Shown: piece by piece, positions 52,460 to 64,000 of the stretch | Layout: every line of letters begins with the position of its first letter | Position numbering within the stretch: the stretch's first letter is position 1 | Origin: Octopus sinensis | Lineage: Eukaryota | Assembly: GCF_006345805.1 (NCBI RefSeq) | Contig: NC_043001.1 | Location: forward strand, 1,116,001 to 1,180,000 | DNA: 64,000 bases | Direction of reading: 5' to 3' | Notes under the pieces: model-generated | The model's database searches: none | What the model saw: the letters and a program-made list of their open reading frames with translations, nothing else | Told to the model about the DNA's origin: nothing | Position numbers and translations under genes: made by a program

Positions 52460-52688
52460 TATTGGGTTGTCCGGAAAGCTCATGCTGATTTTTAAACGAA
52501 AGAAAAAGGTCAATAAATACTTGCCATTACATTTTTAACCAGCCAAATATGAACCATTTTGTTGCACAATGCGTCATCATCTCTCCTTTATCTTGAAAAT
52601 ACCCTCTTCCCAGAATTGAGGCGCCTGGGAGGGTAAGTCGAAAGGTAAGCTACCATAAACTGGCATGAACTTTCCGGATAACCCAATA
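52460..52688 (-). mobile_element. Mariner MITE (internal-deletion derivative) with both TIRs and TA target duplication
   Basis: TATTGGGTTGTCCGGAAAGCTCATGC / GCATGAACTTTCCGGATAACCCAATA (24/26). The interior on the minus strand encodes FWEEGIFKIKER**RIVQQNG, a mariner C-terminus. Confidence 0.92.
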
Positions 52689-52699
52689 TAACCTAATAC

Positions 52700-53080
52700 A
52701 ATCTGTTGCATGGCTGGGTCATTGGTAACCTTACCAAGTCTGCTTAGCAAGGAGGGTGGTCTTTCATTGGACCGTCTGCAGGAGGAACAACAAAACCTAT
52801 CAAAGGATGGATGAATTCAGTGGAGTCAAGGGCCATCCAACTGCTGAAATTGAAAGATTTCTGGTCTTTGTTTAGATATCTTTATAGGAGGAGAAGGACA
52901 TTTCAAAGTAACACCTCCTTGGAAAAAAGGAGATGTTGCTCTTGCTTGTTTGTTGACTCCTTGGCTTTCTCAGTGAGTGTCTCAGTGGTGTTGTGCAAGA
53001 AGTTAGGGAGCAGTTATGGACTTCAAGTTTCAGCACAGGCATTGCTGATGGTCGTTGTCTTTAACATCTAGGATAATTTG
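52700..53080 (+). mobile_element. Possible L1/Tx1-type LINE remnant
   Basis: KEGGLSL, like the Tx1 EGGLGL motif, and decayed W.CARG..HGIADGRC pieces in mixed frames. Confidence 0.3.
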
Positions 53081-54367
53081 CCAGTGATGTTCCTACTCAT
53101 CTAGGAGTTGACAGTCACCATATGTGTGTGTGTATATGTATGTATATATGTATGCATATTTTATATGTGTGTGTGTTGTGAGTTTGTGCTTCTTTGCCTT
53201 GGTATCATGCAACAGTAAGAGGTGTGTGACAGAGTATCCAGCTGTTGAACATCTGCCTCAACAAATGCCATCTGACCCATGCAAATGTGGAGAAATGGAC
53301 GTTAAAATGATGATGATGATGATGATGATTCAGTAAATGTACACAAGCAATTGTTGTTGTCTTTTGTCATAATATATCTAGGACTATATTATCCAATATG
53401 TTCTTCCTTTTAGAAGATAACGAGGGAGATGTGAATGACCTTCCCTTGTAAATCTTCGACCACTTGTGGCTTTTAGCTTGCTCATGTCCAACAGGTTGCT
53501 CTTGCTGACTTGATGTTCATAGGAAATGAGATAGAAGTGGAAGATGTGCCATTTAAAGGAGGAATCTAAGACAAGCACAGAGACATGTTCTGATGTTAGA
53601 TGTTAGGATACTGGGCAGACGGAGAAGAGAGAGAGCAAAAGGGGTGGAGTGGCATGGTGTACTCAGCACTCATTCAACTCATTCACCTCACTGGGAAACT
53701 GAGCATTATGATGATGATGGTGGTGATGAAGATTATGATGGCAATGGTGATGATGATGATGACAACAATTGTGGTGGTGGTGAGAATGACAGAATTTGTG
53801 CTAAGTTGATGATGATAATGATGATGATGAGTGACTAGGTTTAGTGGACTCTTGACCTCACAGGCAGCACAATAACTGGAACATGACAATGATGAAAGAA
53901 AATTAATAATAATTAAATAAAGACACAAAAAATACAACTACACAGAAAATAACAACAAAGCCAAAAAACAAACAAAGAAACCCCTCCAAAACTAAAACCC
54001 CCCCCCAAAACGACCAAACTTGCAGCGGCAAGGTTAAATGTCTAACACACATTCTGGCAATATTTGCATGAAATGTTCTGCATTTAACAATAGACAAAAG
54101 AAAACATAATTTAAAAGTGATTTCTGAGAAGACAAAAAAAGGGAAAAAAAAAGAAAAAGAAAAGAAACTATCAGCACCTAATGTAACAGTTGATAGAGAA
54201 AATATAGATTCTCTCTCAACATCAACAACAACAACAACAGTAATACAGCTATATTACAAGGAGAGAACAATGTTGTTAAGTTCTTTCATGGAAAACTGTA
54301 TTTCATTCTTCTCTCGCTGTGTTTACATGTCACTATGAATTCTATTAACTGATTGAATGTCACTTAC

Positions 54368-54531
54368 CATAGCTTAATCTAATCATGCGGATAATTTTGG
54401 CTGTTCACTAATAATAACTCTGCCGGAGCTTTTCTTTGCCTTTCATTCATTTTCCCTTTAGCTTCGTATATGAAGTGCAATTCAATGCTTTTGTTACTAA
54501 AAAAACTAACCGACCGTATTTGAACAAGAAT
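54368..54531 (-). other. Candidate 164-nt spliced 5'UTR exon ending in ATG
   Basis: Acceptor TTATTTTCTTTCTTTCTGTCTTTTTTAG, consensus donor ATG|GTAAGT, stops in all three frames, CpG retained. Confidence 0.5.
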
Positions 54532-55065
54532 CTAAAAAAGACAGAAAGAAAGAAAATAATAATCATAATAGTATTTCTCTTATCTAACATCTAACATTTA
54601 TTTTTTTTTTCAGCAAGTCAAAAAATGGAAATAGAAAACATACAGAAATAATAAGAACAAAAAAATATAAATATATCTACAATATATATATATATATTTA
54701 TGAAGTATGCTGGCATCATATAGTGGAAGATATGAAAATTTTAAATTTTGTATCAAATCATATTTTTAATAAAAAAGGGGGAGGGGGAATTGCTATGGAA
54801 ATAAAAAAAGAGAATTTCTCTTGCGGATTTAATATTTTTTTTTTTACATGTCTTTCTCTAGTGAATATATTATGTCTTTTGTTGTTTAAAAATCTTTTGC
54901 ATTGAATGGGAAAAAAAAAACAAAAAAGAAGCTAAATTCTTTGTAAGTAACATAGGGTTAGATATATCAGTTGAAAGACAGCAAGAAAGAAAAAGGAAAC
55001 AAATCTCTAGACACCTCTTTTGCCGCTAGTCACAGAAAAATTCCCTTTCAGAAAATAGATTCCAG

Positions 55066-55280
55066 ATGATGATGATGAGAAACAACAACAACAACAACAA
55101 CAACAGCAAGAAGAAGAAGAAGAAGAAGAAGAAGAAGAAGAAGAAGAAGAGCAACAACAACAAAAAACTCAAGTCTAAAAGAGTTATTGGCCCATTTGAA
55201 ATATTTATCACTATGTTGGTGGTATAACAATAATGATAATAACAATAACGATAATAATAATAATAATGATAATAATAATG

Positions 55281-55317
<37 letters not shown>

Positions 55318-55321
55318 TAAC

Positions 55322-55356
<35 letters not shown>

Positions 55357-55361
55357 TAACG

Positions 55362-55417
<56 letters not shown>
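55066..55417. repeat. Compound microsatellite (GAT)/(CAA)/(GAA), then (TAA)n
   Basis: Direct. Confidence 0.95.
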
Positions 55418-55419
<2 letters not shown>

Positions 55420-57003
55420 AACAAGAACAGCTCTACAAAATGTAAAAGATTACCTGGCTCACCTGAACTGCGTATCCCAACTACAATAGTGCAATAATTG
55501 CTCATAGCAAATGAAATTGATTCAGCACTAATTGGCAACTCGAAATTTAATTTAGTTGATGTATTTATAAATAAAGGAGATAAAATTCCAAGGTAAACTA
55601 TTCCACATTTTCTAGGCAACCCACATAGCCTAAGGTTACCGAGGTTTAACCATCACCTTTCTTGATGATTGGGTTACAACTTACAAGTTCCATTGTTTTT
55701 TGTGTCTATTGTTCTCTCTCTCTTGCTCTTTCACACACACACACACACACGCACACACACACACACTCAAAATTAGATGGATTTTTTTAACTTCTGGTTC
55801 CTTTAAGGACATTTATACATCTTAGTAGTGATAAAAAATAAAATACAAAATGTTTTCTTCATGTGACTAAGCAAATAAATTGTCTTTCCAGAAGATTCTT
55901 GTATTCAAGGAAAGGTGTTTCCAAATAGATTGGGAAAGAGTGAAACCTGTGCATGTGGCAATCTTTCATTTCATGTCCGTGTAATAGCGGGTATTGAAAT
56001 GAAAGGTAAAACAACTGCCAAACCCTTACGTGGTGGAGTACACTCTTTATTTTAGAGAAAGATTACTTATCATCATAATCATCATCATCATTTAACTCTG
56101 TTTTCAATGCTGGCATGGGTTGGACTCTTTGATAGGAGCTGGTTCCATAGCCTGTTTTGGCATCATGGTTCCTACAGTTGGATGCCCTTCCTAACACTAA
56201 CCACTTTACAGAGTATACTGGGTGCTTTTTATGTGACACCAGTACCAGTACAAGGCACCAGCACAGGTGCTTTTTCTTATGTGATTCCATCACTATTATG
56301 TTTAAGAAAATAATGCCTGTTGGGTGTTAAGAAGAGACTGTCTGAAGCTCCATGCCTAGCATGATATTTCATTTTGATAAACCTCCGTGTGCTCCTTCTG
56401 TTGTTTTCATATCTAATGTTACATCGTTGACATCTATGAACTGAAGATTGCGGTATACAAAATGAAGTAATGGTTTGACAGCTGCTTTCCTTTATAATGT
56501 TGTCTGCCATTATATGTATATGGAACAAAAGATAGCCTCTTAGTCATATTATAGATTATGAAAGAAGAAAAAAATTATTATTTATAATTTTCCAGACAGA
56601 TAATTTTATCATTTTCTTTGGAGAGAAATAATTATGTTTTAAATCAAGAGACCCTTGTCAGATCTAGACATTTTCCAAGTCGATTAGGAATGTTAACCAA
56701 TAATAAACAGCAGCTTAATTTAAACGTATCAAATATTTAGAGAGAGAAAAATGGAAGAAGAAAAGATAAAAATACAGTTATCAAATGACCCCGAAATTAA
56801 CACCTTTATTTTTCTGATCAGTTACAGATTTAGAAATATAACAATATTCCTGGTTCATTAAACAGTGTCGTTAGAGAGTTCATTTAATTTAAACTTTCAT
56901 TATCAAACAGGGATACAAAACTCTTTCTTGTCAGCGTTCCGAAAGAGAGCATTTTTTTTTATTTTGTTTAATGGTAATTTTATTTCTAATCAGTAAATGA
57001 ACA

Positions 57004-57036
<33 letters not shown>

Positions 57037-57204
57037 GATGATGGAGGATGAGAGAAACAATGATGATAGCAAAACCAATAATGATAATAATAATCATAAT
57101 AATAATGAATATTTAAAATGGTAATAAGCTGCTGGAAATACACACTTTAAAAATATTCTGCTGTATATAAGAGATGTAGAGGTGTTTCTAGTCATCTTGG
57201 TTCA

Positions 57205-57655
57205 AACTTCCAAATATGTAAAAGCCTTTGAATCCAGAAGTTTCCTGTTCAGTCCCACTGTGCAGCACATTGAACAAGTGTCCTCATGCACAGCCTGACG
57301 CTATCAAAGTCTTGTGAATGAATTCGATAGACAGAAACCTGTTGTGTGTGTGAGTGTGTGTGTGAGTGTGTGCACACATATGTGCATATGCGTGTGTCTC
57401 CTTGTCTTGAGGTCATACATTAATTGTAAACGAATATCCCCACCATACAAGTGGTGACGTTCATTTGCAATATTCTGTGATAACATGTCTACCCCTAATG
57501 CTCTTTGTGTTTGAAGGACTAGGAAAAATATTATCTTGCTTAGGAACAGGTGAGGGTTGCTGACAGCAAGGGCATCTGGCCATAGAAAAATCTATCAAGA
57601 CAAATTTTATCTGGTCCATGCAGGAATAGAAAAGTTGAAGTGAAAGCCATAATGA
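57205..57655 (+). mobile_element. SINE family B
   Basis: TTCAGTCCCACTG head, (TG)n centre, GGAACAGGTGAGGGTTGCTGACAGCAAGGGCATC tail. Confidence 0.7.
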
Positions 57656-58648
57656 TGCTGTATAAATACTACAGCATATAACACCGAGTCATTTGAAGTT
57701 ACTAAAATGTTTTTTCTTCTATTTAACCATAATAATCCCAACGTGAATTTGAACAAATGATAATAATGTAAATAGAGTCCATTTAGAACAGAGACAAACT
57801 CACACAAACGCTATGATGTGCTCAACACAATTACTTGGTTATCTTCAATGCAACATACACACACACACACACACAAGCCACACAAATATGTGTGTGTGTG
57901 TGTGTGTCTATGTATCTATGTGATAGATAAGTTGGAGAACCTATGGAAATATTCATAGAATAACAACCTTGTCTCAGCAGAAATAGACATCAGAGTAAAG
58001 ATATGGCACAAAAACAAAACAAAAAGAAAATTCTATAAATAAATGAAATAATATAAAAAAAAAGGTAAAGTCATAAAAGAACTACTCTACAGAAACTGAT
58101 CCTGAAAATAAAAGCAATAATTCTTCACCAGACGAATATTCACTAATATTAAAAATAATATTAAAACTTTTCATTTATTTACAACCAAACTGTTTTTCTT
58201 TTTATTTTTTTGCCAACCAATTCCTCTGCAAGTGCCATTCTAATAATCAGTAACCCTGATCAAAGAATGCAATGTTATTTATCTTCATCCACACTATTAT
58301 TATCGCCACTGGTTACAGTTCAGCTCCATTCAAAATTTACCATTTCTTTTAAAAAAGCAACTAGTTGTAACTAATTTCCCCCTGTGATATGTTTAAAAAA
58401 GCTGAAAGATATCTACTAAACATTGGGAGAAGATTGCATGTCAGAAAATATAAAATTAAAAGTAAAATGCTCAGATTATTTCTCTCTACAATATCATATC
58501 ACTTCAGTCCTTCCTCGAAGAAATATTAGCATTGAAATCTTTAGAATTTTGAACATTGGCATTTATTATATGGTGTTGTTAAAGTCTACAGGTGAAAATA
58601 CATATAAATTGTTATGTGTGTATGTGCATGTGTGTATATGTGTATTTG

Positions 58649-58714
<66 letters not shown>

Positions 58715-59347
58715 AGCGGCACACACACATGCATGGATATGTGTGTGTCTGTTTATCTATCTATCTGTCTGTCTGTCTGTCCGTCTTTCTACCTGCCTAT
58801 ATACCTATCTATGAATATATGTATATACAGAGAGGAGGGAGAGGAACCTAAAGGGGGAGGGGGAGAGAGAGAGAAAATGGAAAAATTAATTTCGATCTAA
58901 TAATTGATGATTTTGAAATATTTTTATCATTAATTTAATTCTTTCTTCTCATTTCCTCCTGTTTCTACTCATCGTTTCCTTTCTTTCATTACTCCTTCGT
59001 TATTGCTTCCAATCAATGTGAATTTTGTATCGTCTCACACAAGATTTCCCCACCATTAAATTCTCAAGAAAGCTAAGCTGTCTGCACATAAAATGGCTTT
59101 GAAGAAATTGAATTAACTGAAAAAGAAAATGAGTTAAGCATGCAAAATGTTTTATGTTTTCTAAATCATACTATTTTCTCTTTAACTCCAATAATCTGAT
59201 GGAATATTTCATAAACACTGAATGAGGTATTTCCTTTCACAAAATATTGGACGTTTTCAGAAAGCATGCCTTACAATCTTGTTACTCTTTGCAAATAGCA
59301 ACAATATCCACATACACAGACACACACTAAGTTTCTACACACATATT

Positions 59348-59395
<48 letters not shown>

Positions 59396-61300
59396 CATAC
59401 ACACACACTTATATATCCATAAACATACATACATATACTTATAAATACATACATAGAAAATGTTGATTGTGTCATACCAATGTAGAAAATATTCCGCCCA
59501 CCATTTGTAACTGCTTCAAAAATGATCTGCGGGGTGCTACCTTCTCGTAAATACACAGATAAAGTGTTGATTGTGCCATACCCATAAGGAACGTATCTCC
59601 ACCCACATCATAATGATCTGCTCAAAAATGTTTCCAAGAAACTATTTTCCCTTAAAACATGACACTGCTACTAAAATTATTTTCTATGTTGTCTTCAAGA
59701 AGGATTGCTCTTTTGGTCACTAGAACCAGGATGTATTAACACCTTTAAAAATGAAGATTACTTGTTGAACCTTCAAATATAAGCATCCCTCCAGACTTGA
59801 CACTGTCCTATGTTGCAGCAAGAAAAGTCATGTTGGGCATTGAGATCAGCTGCCCAACAAAGAGAAATGCCTTATCTAATACTGAACGTACAGCTCTTGC
59901 AGAGATTTTCATTTGAGCATATTATATATGGTGGGCTATTCTAACAAAATATATACATGAAAGCCTTGAAATATTGAGACTTTTGAAGAAAGAACAAAGA
60001 AAATTGACCCCCCAAAAATTTGTAGAACATTCCAAAGTTACCAAGAATGAACATATGCATGCAACCACGTGTGCATATGGTATGTACACACACACACACA
60101 CACCCCAACATGCACAGATTAATCAAGCAAACTCACTTATTGATTAAAGAAACATATACATCTGTTACATAACTCAAAAGCCTCCTTCTAACTTAGTTAA
60201 TGACAAGCTTAAATTAATAAGGTGTTTATATATAAGAATAGTAACAAACGTGTTAATGGAATATTGACGGAACAAAGTTTGACAAAATCAAGTCTGGATT
60301 CTATAAACAAATCAAGTGCTTTTGATTATGGTGGGAAACACTTGTTGCTTTCTGTATCTTCCATCAACTTGTGAAAAGCAAAAGAAAGTGAAGGGTTGCA
60401 AAGCAAAGAATCAAACTCATTGCTTTTCTTTTGACATAAATAACACCATAATCACAAGAAGTCTAGTACACTCTGTAATGGTGCCATGTGAAAAGCACCC
60501 ACCCCACTCTGCAAAGTGGCTGGCATTAGGAAGGGCATCCAACCGTAGAAGCCATGCCAAAGCAAACAGTGGAGCACAAAGCAGTCATCAGATTCATTGG
60601 ATCCTCTCAAATCAATCCTTTCAAACTTAGAAAATGGACATAAAAAGTAGATGATGATTTTATAGTTCATTGCATCATTATTGAATGATGTTGCATCTTT
60701 TTATGGAGGGAAAACCAGTTTTGGGGTTGTGATTCTCTCCATGGGATTGATTTTGGCCAGAAAATCATAGACATGAGAAAACAAAAAAGTGATACGATTC
60801 TTAATAATAACAATAATAATAAAAATATGATGCACGTAGATTTTAGAATAGGTCCACTATATTCCTGCATGTCATGAGGAAGCAGCTAAGACAACAGGCT
60901 TGAGAAAGGGCGTCTGATCTAAACACGGCTGACAAAAGCTTTTATTCAACCCTACTTGAAACAGCAACACAAGAGAAATGGTGGTAATGAAGAATTGAAC
61001 CTCCACTGCAAATCTCCACTTGCAAAGGGCTTACAGTCGGTCCCTCCACTTTGCTTGGATATTCTTATTGTTTTATACTTTTACAAGTTTCACTGTGGCC
61101 CTGCTGGAGCACTCCTTAGAAAGGTTTACTTGATTAAATAGACCACAGTACTTTATATTTTTAAGACACTTATACTGTCAGTCTCTTAAACAGAACTGAT
61201 AAGTTATAGGGATAAAAACGAATCAACCAACACCATTTTCCAAGTGGTGGTAGGATGAACATCAAGACAGACATGCTAATACATATAAACATATTATATT

Positions 61301-62469
61301 TACACAGACATGACAGAAGTAAATAGACACACCATAAAACATCGTTTTACACTTATTTTAACTTGAAAAGGTTTATATTTTTTATTAATTGACATTTATA
61401 TGTTTCAGGTTCTATATGTGACTGTTTAATCATGCCATGTACAAAATAAGCCTTGGAACAGTCCAAATTTCAAAGAGGCCATATTGTAGGTCAATCTGAA
61501 GGTGGACTTAATCAGTGTAAAATCGCAGGAAACCTTGGGATCCCTCTTTCTACAGTTAATAGAGTGAGGGTGCAATTTTCCAGACAGCAGGAAGAGTCCA
61601 AATCACCTCGCCCAAGTTGACCAAGGCCATCTGACAGGATGTGGAGGATAATTCTTGTTGCAAGGCCTCTGACATAGCAGAGTCGAGTATCTTCACGGAC
61701 TATAGCAGAACTGCAAGAAGGAAGCAACATTTTTGACCAGCCAATATCAAGCGGAGTATAGATTGGGCCAGTGAAATGGTGGAGAGGCCACTAGCACTTT
61801 GGGACACTGTCATATTCTCTGATGAGTCTAGATTTGCTTTATTTTCTGACTGTGGTAAAGTGTGGGTCTGGAGTCTGTGATCAAAAATTTTACGTGAAAA
61901 GACTGCAACCAACAATGAAAAATGGGCAATTATGTGATGGTCTGGGAGGCAATTTGGAGCAACGGTCAATCAGAGCTGGTGGAGTGTGAGGAAAACACAA
62001 ACTCAGATACATATGCGTCCGTATCACAGAAAGGACTCCCTCCAGTCTTCTCCAGTGGTGAAATTATTAAAGAAGACTATTTCTAGATGGGGATCCTTGT
62101 CACTTGGCTTAAAAAGACCCAAGATTGGTTGGAAGAGAATGGCATTAAAAAGCTCCCATGGCCAACTGATCCCTTCTGGGGCATAATGGACAGGACACTT
62201 TGTAAAAAGAGCAAAAAAGCATTCCCAAAGCCAGATCTTTTGAGATTACTGCCTAAAACTTGACAAGAAATTCCTCAAGAGAATATTTGTCATTTGATAA
62301 GTAGTATGCCTAATAGGGTCCTTGCATTGAACAATGCAAATGGCATGTCTACTAAATACTATATAATCACATTATAATAATTAATAAATAATTTGAATGT
62401 ATGATTTCAGATTTAAATAAATTTTAACAATATAAAGGTGTCTCTTTATTTTTGCATAGTCTGTGTGTA
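61301..62469 (+). mobile_element. Near full-length decayed Tc1-family transposon
   Basis: [34 protein letters not shown]; WDTVIFSDESRF; VMVW.AIW; WLEENGIKKLPWP; LISSMPNRV. Degenerate TIRs CACAGAC(T)ATG..AAA..AGACAC at both ends. Confidence 0.88.
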
Positions 62470-62470
62470 T

Positions 62471-62496
<26 letters not shown>

Positions 62497-62508
<12 letters not shown>

Positions 62509-63059
62509 GTGTGTTGTGTGGTAAGTAGATTGCTCACCGACCACGTGGTTCTGGGTTCAGTCTCACTGTGTGACACCTTGGGCAAGTGTTCTCTACAACA
62601 GCCTCAGACTGACCAAAGCTTTGTGAGTGGATTTGGTAGATGGAAACTGAAAGAAGCTTGTCGTATATATATATATATCATCATCATTTAACGTCCGTTT
62701 TCCGTGCTAGCATGGGTTGGACTGTTCGACCGGGGTCTGGGAAGCCAGGAGGCTGCACCAGGCTCCAGTCTGATCTGGCAGTGTTTCTACAGCTGGATGC
62801 CCTTCCTAACACCAACCACTCCGTGAGTGTAGTGGGTGCTTTTTACGTGCCACCGGCACAGGTGCCAGGGGAGTCTGGCAGCGGTCACGATTGGTTGGTG
62901 CTTTTTACGTGCCACCGGCACAGAAGCCAGTCAAGGCGGTGCTGGCATACATATATATATATATATGTGTGTGTGTTTGTGTGTCTGTATTTGTTACACC
63001 ACCATCGCTTGACAACCGATGTGGGTGTGTTTTCATCTCTGTAACTTAGTGGTTCTGCC
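62497..63059 (+). mobile_element. SINE family A with an RTE tail (62678-62947, minus) inserted in its (TA)n centre
   Basis: Head, (TA)n, CATCATCATTTAACGTCCG..GCTGGCA, (TA)(TG)n, then the SINE body resumes. Confidence 0.88.
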
Positions 63060-63147
63060 TAGTACTTATTCTACCAGTCTCTTTTGCTGAACCGCTAGTT
63101 GTGGGGACATAAATACACCAACACTGGTTGTCAAGCGTTGGTGACGT

Positions 63148-63183
<36 letters not shown>

Positions 63184-63300
63184 ACAGGCTTCTTTCAGTT
63201 TCCGTCTACCAAATCTACTCACAAGGCTTTGGTTAATCCGAGGCTACAACAGAGGACACTTGCCCAAGTTACTATGCAGTGGGACTGAACCCAGAACCTG
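63060..63300 (-). mobile_element. SINE family A, fused tail to tail with the preceding copy
   Basis: Reverse-complement body TAGTACTTATTCTACCAGTCTC..GGGACTGAACCC. Confidence 0.85.
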
Positions 63301-64000
63301 CACCTTCCTTTTATCAAATCTATTAACACAGTATTATTCAGCCTGGGGTTATAGTAGAAGAGTCTTGCCTAAGATGCAGCACAATGGAACTGAACCTGAG
63401 ATCATGTGGTGACTAAGCAATTGTCTTTACCTCCCAGTCATGCTTACTTCATTATTCTTCCTCCATTGGAATTAGAAACAACAGAAAACATTTGACGAAG
63501 TTTAGTATAGAAGAATAGATTACAGTAGACTATTTATTGAAGGGAATCGGACAGATTTTATATTTGAAGCCCAACACGGACCAAACTAAACCCACGAGAT
63601 TAATATCTTTATATTTATATATATTTATATCTGTCTTTATATCTATATATATTTATATCTATCTTTATATCTCTATATATTTATATCTATCTTTACATCT
63701 ATTTGCGATATTTCGTCTTATATTTAACTCTGCTTTACCTTAACATGTTAAGTTATGAGGAAAACATAACAAATGAAGAATAAGTAAAATGCCAAAAAGA
63801 CATGTTTCAGGAAAAAGACAAAATCAGGAAGAAATAAACTTTTTTAAAAAGTGCCTTCTTTTCTTCCATCTGCCCTTTCACTGTCCACCACACCCCTTTC
63901 ACGTTGTTAAATCAAAGAAACAGCAACAGGAAGGAAAAAAAAGAAAGAAAATAATTGCTGAAGGTAAAACATAAAGCTATCACCTCCACTCCACTAATAA

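Noticed and set aside
59470-59500. YIGMT resembling a GIY-YIG motif
   Set aside because: No upstream GIY/VIY motif or downstream Arg/His/Glu pattern.

Overview
AT-rich, microsatellite-dense animal DNA. The SINE, RTE and mariner families look to me like those of Octopus or another coleoid cephalopod; this is recognition from memory, not a search result. I can support no intact protein-coding gene, and nearly all ORFs in the track are microsatellite or chance artefacts. The window is a mosaic of tRNA-derived SINEs, decayed LINEs (CR1/Jockey-like, RTE, two stacked R4/Dong copies, possible Tx1), Tc1/mariner/maT remnants, a piggyBac-like MITE and tandem repeats. The most notable signal is a set of type I hammerhead-ribozyme motifs from several unrelated sequence families. 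One (28085-28180, minus) has a fully intact core. Another lies just downstream of a Penelope-type GIY-YIG endonuclease remnant, and two sit in the arms of a young ~460-bp inverted-repeat (foldback) element. Most run out into (TA)n tracts, which marks them as termini of Penelope-like elements or retrozyme-like units. A tentative minus-strand spliced gene (non-coding exon ending in ATG at 54368, in-phase exon at 23009-22878) would place several of these ribozymes in sense inside a ~31-kb intron. All coordinates were read by eye; boundaries of decayed repeats are approximate.
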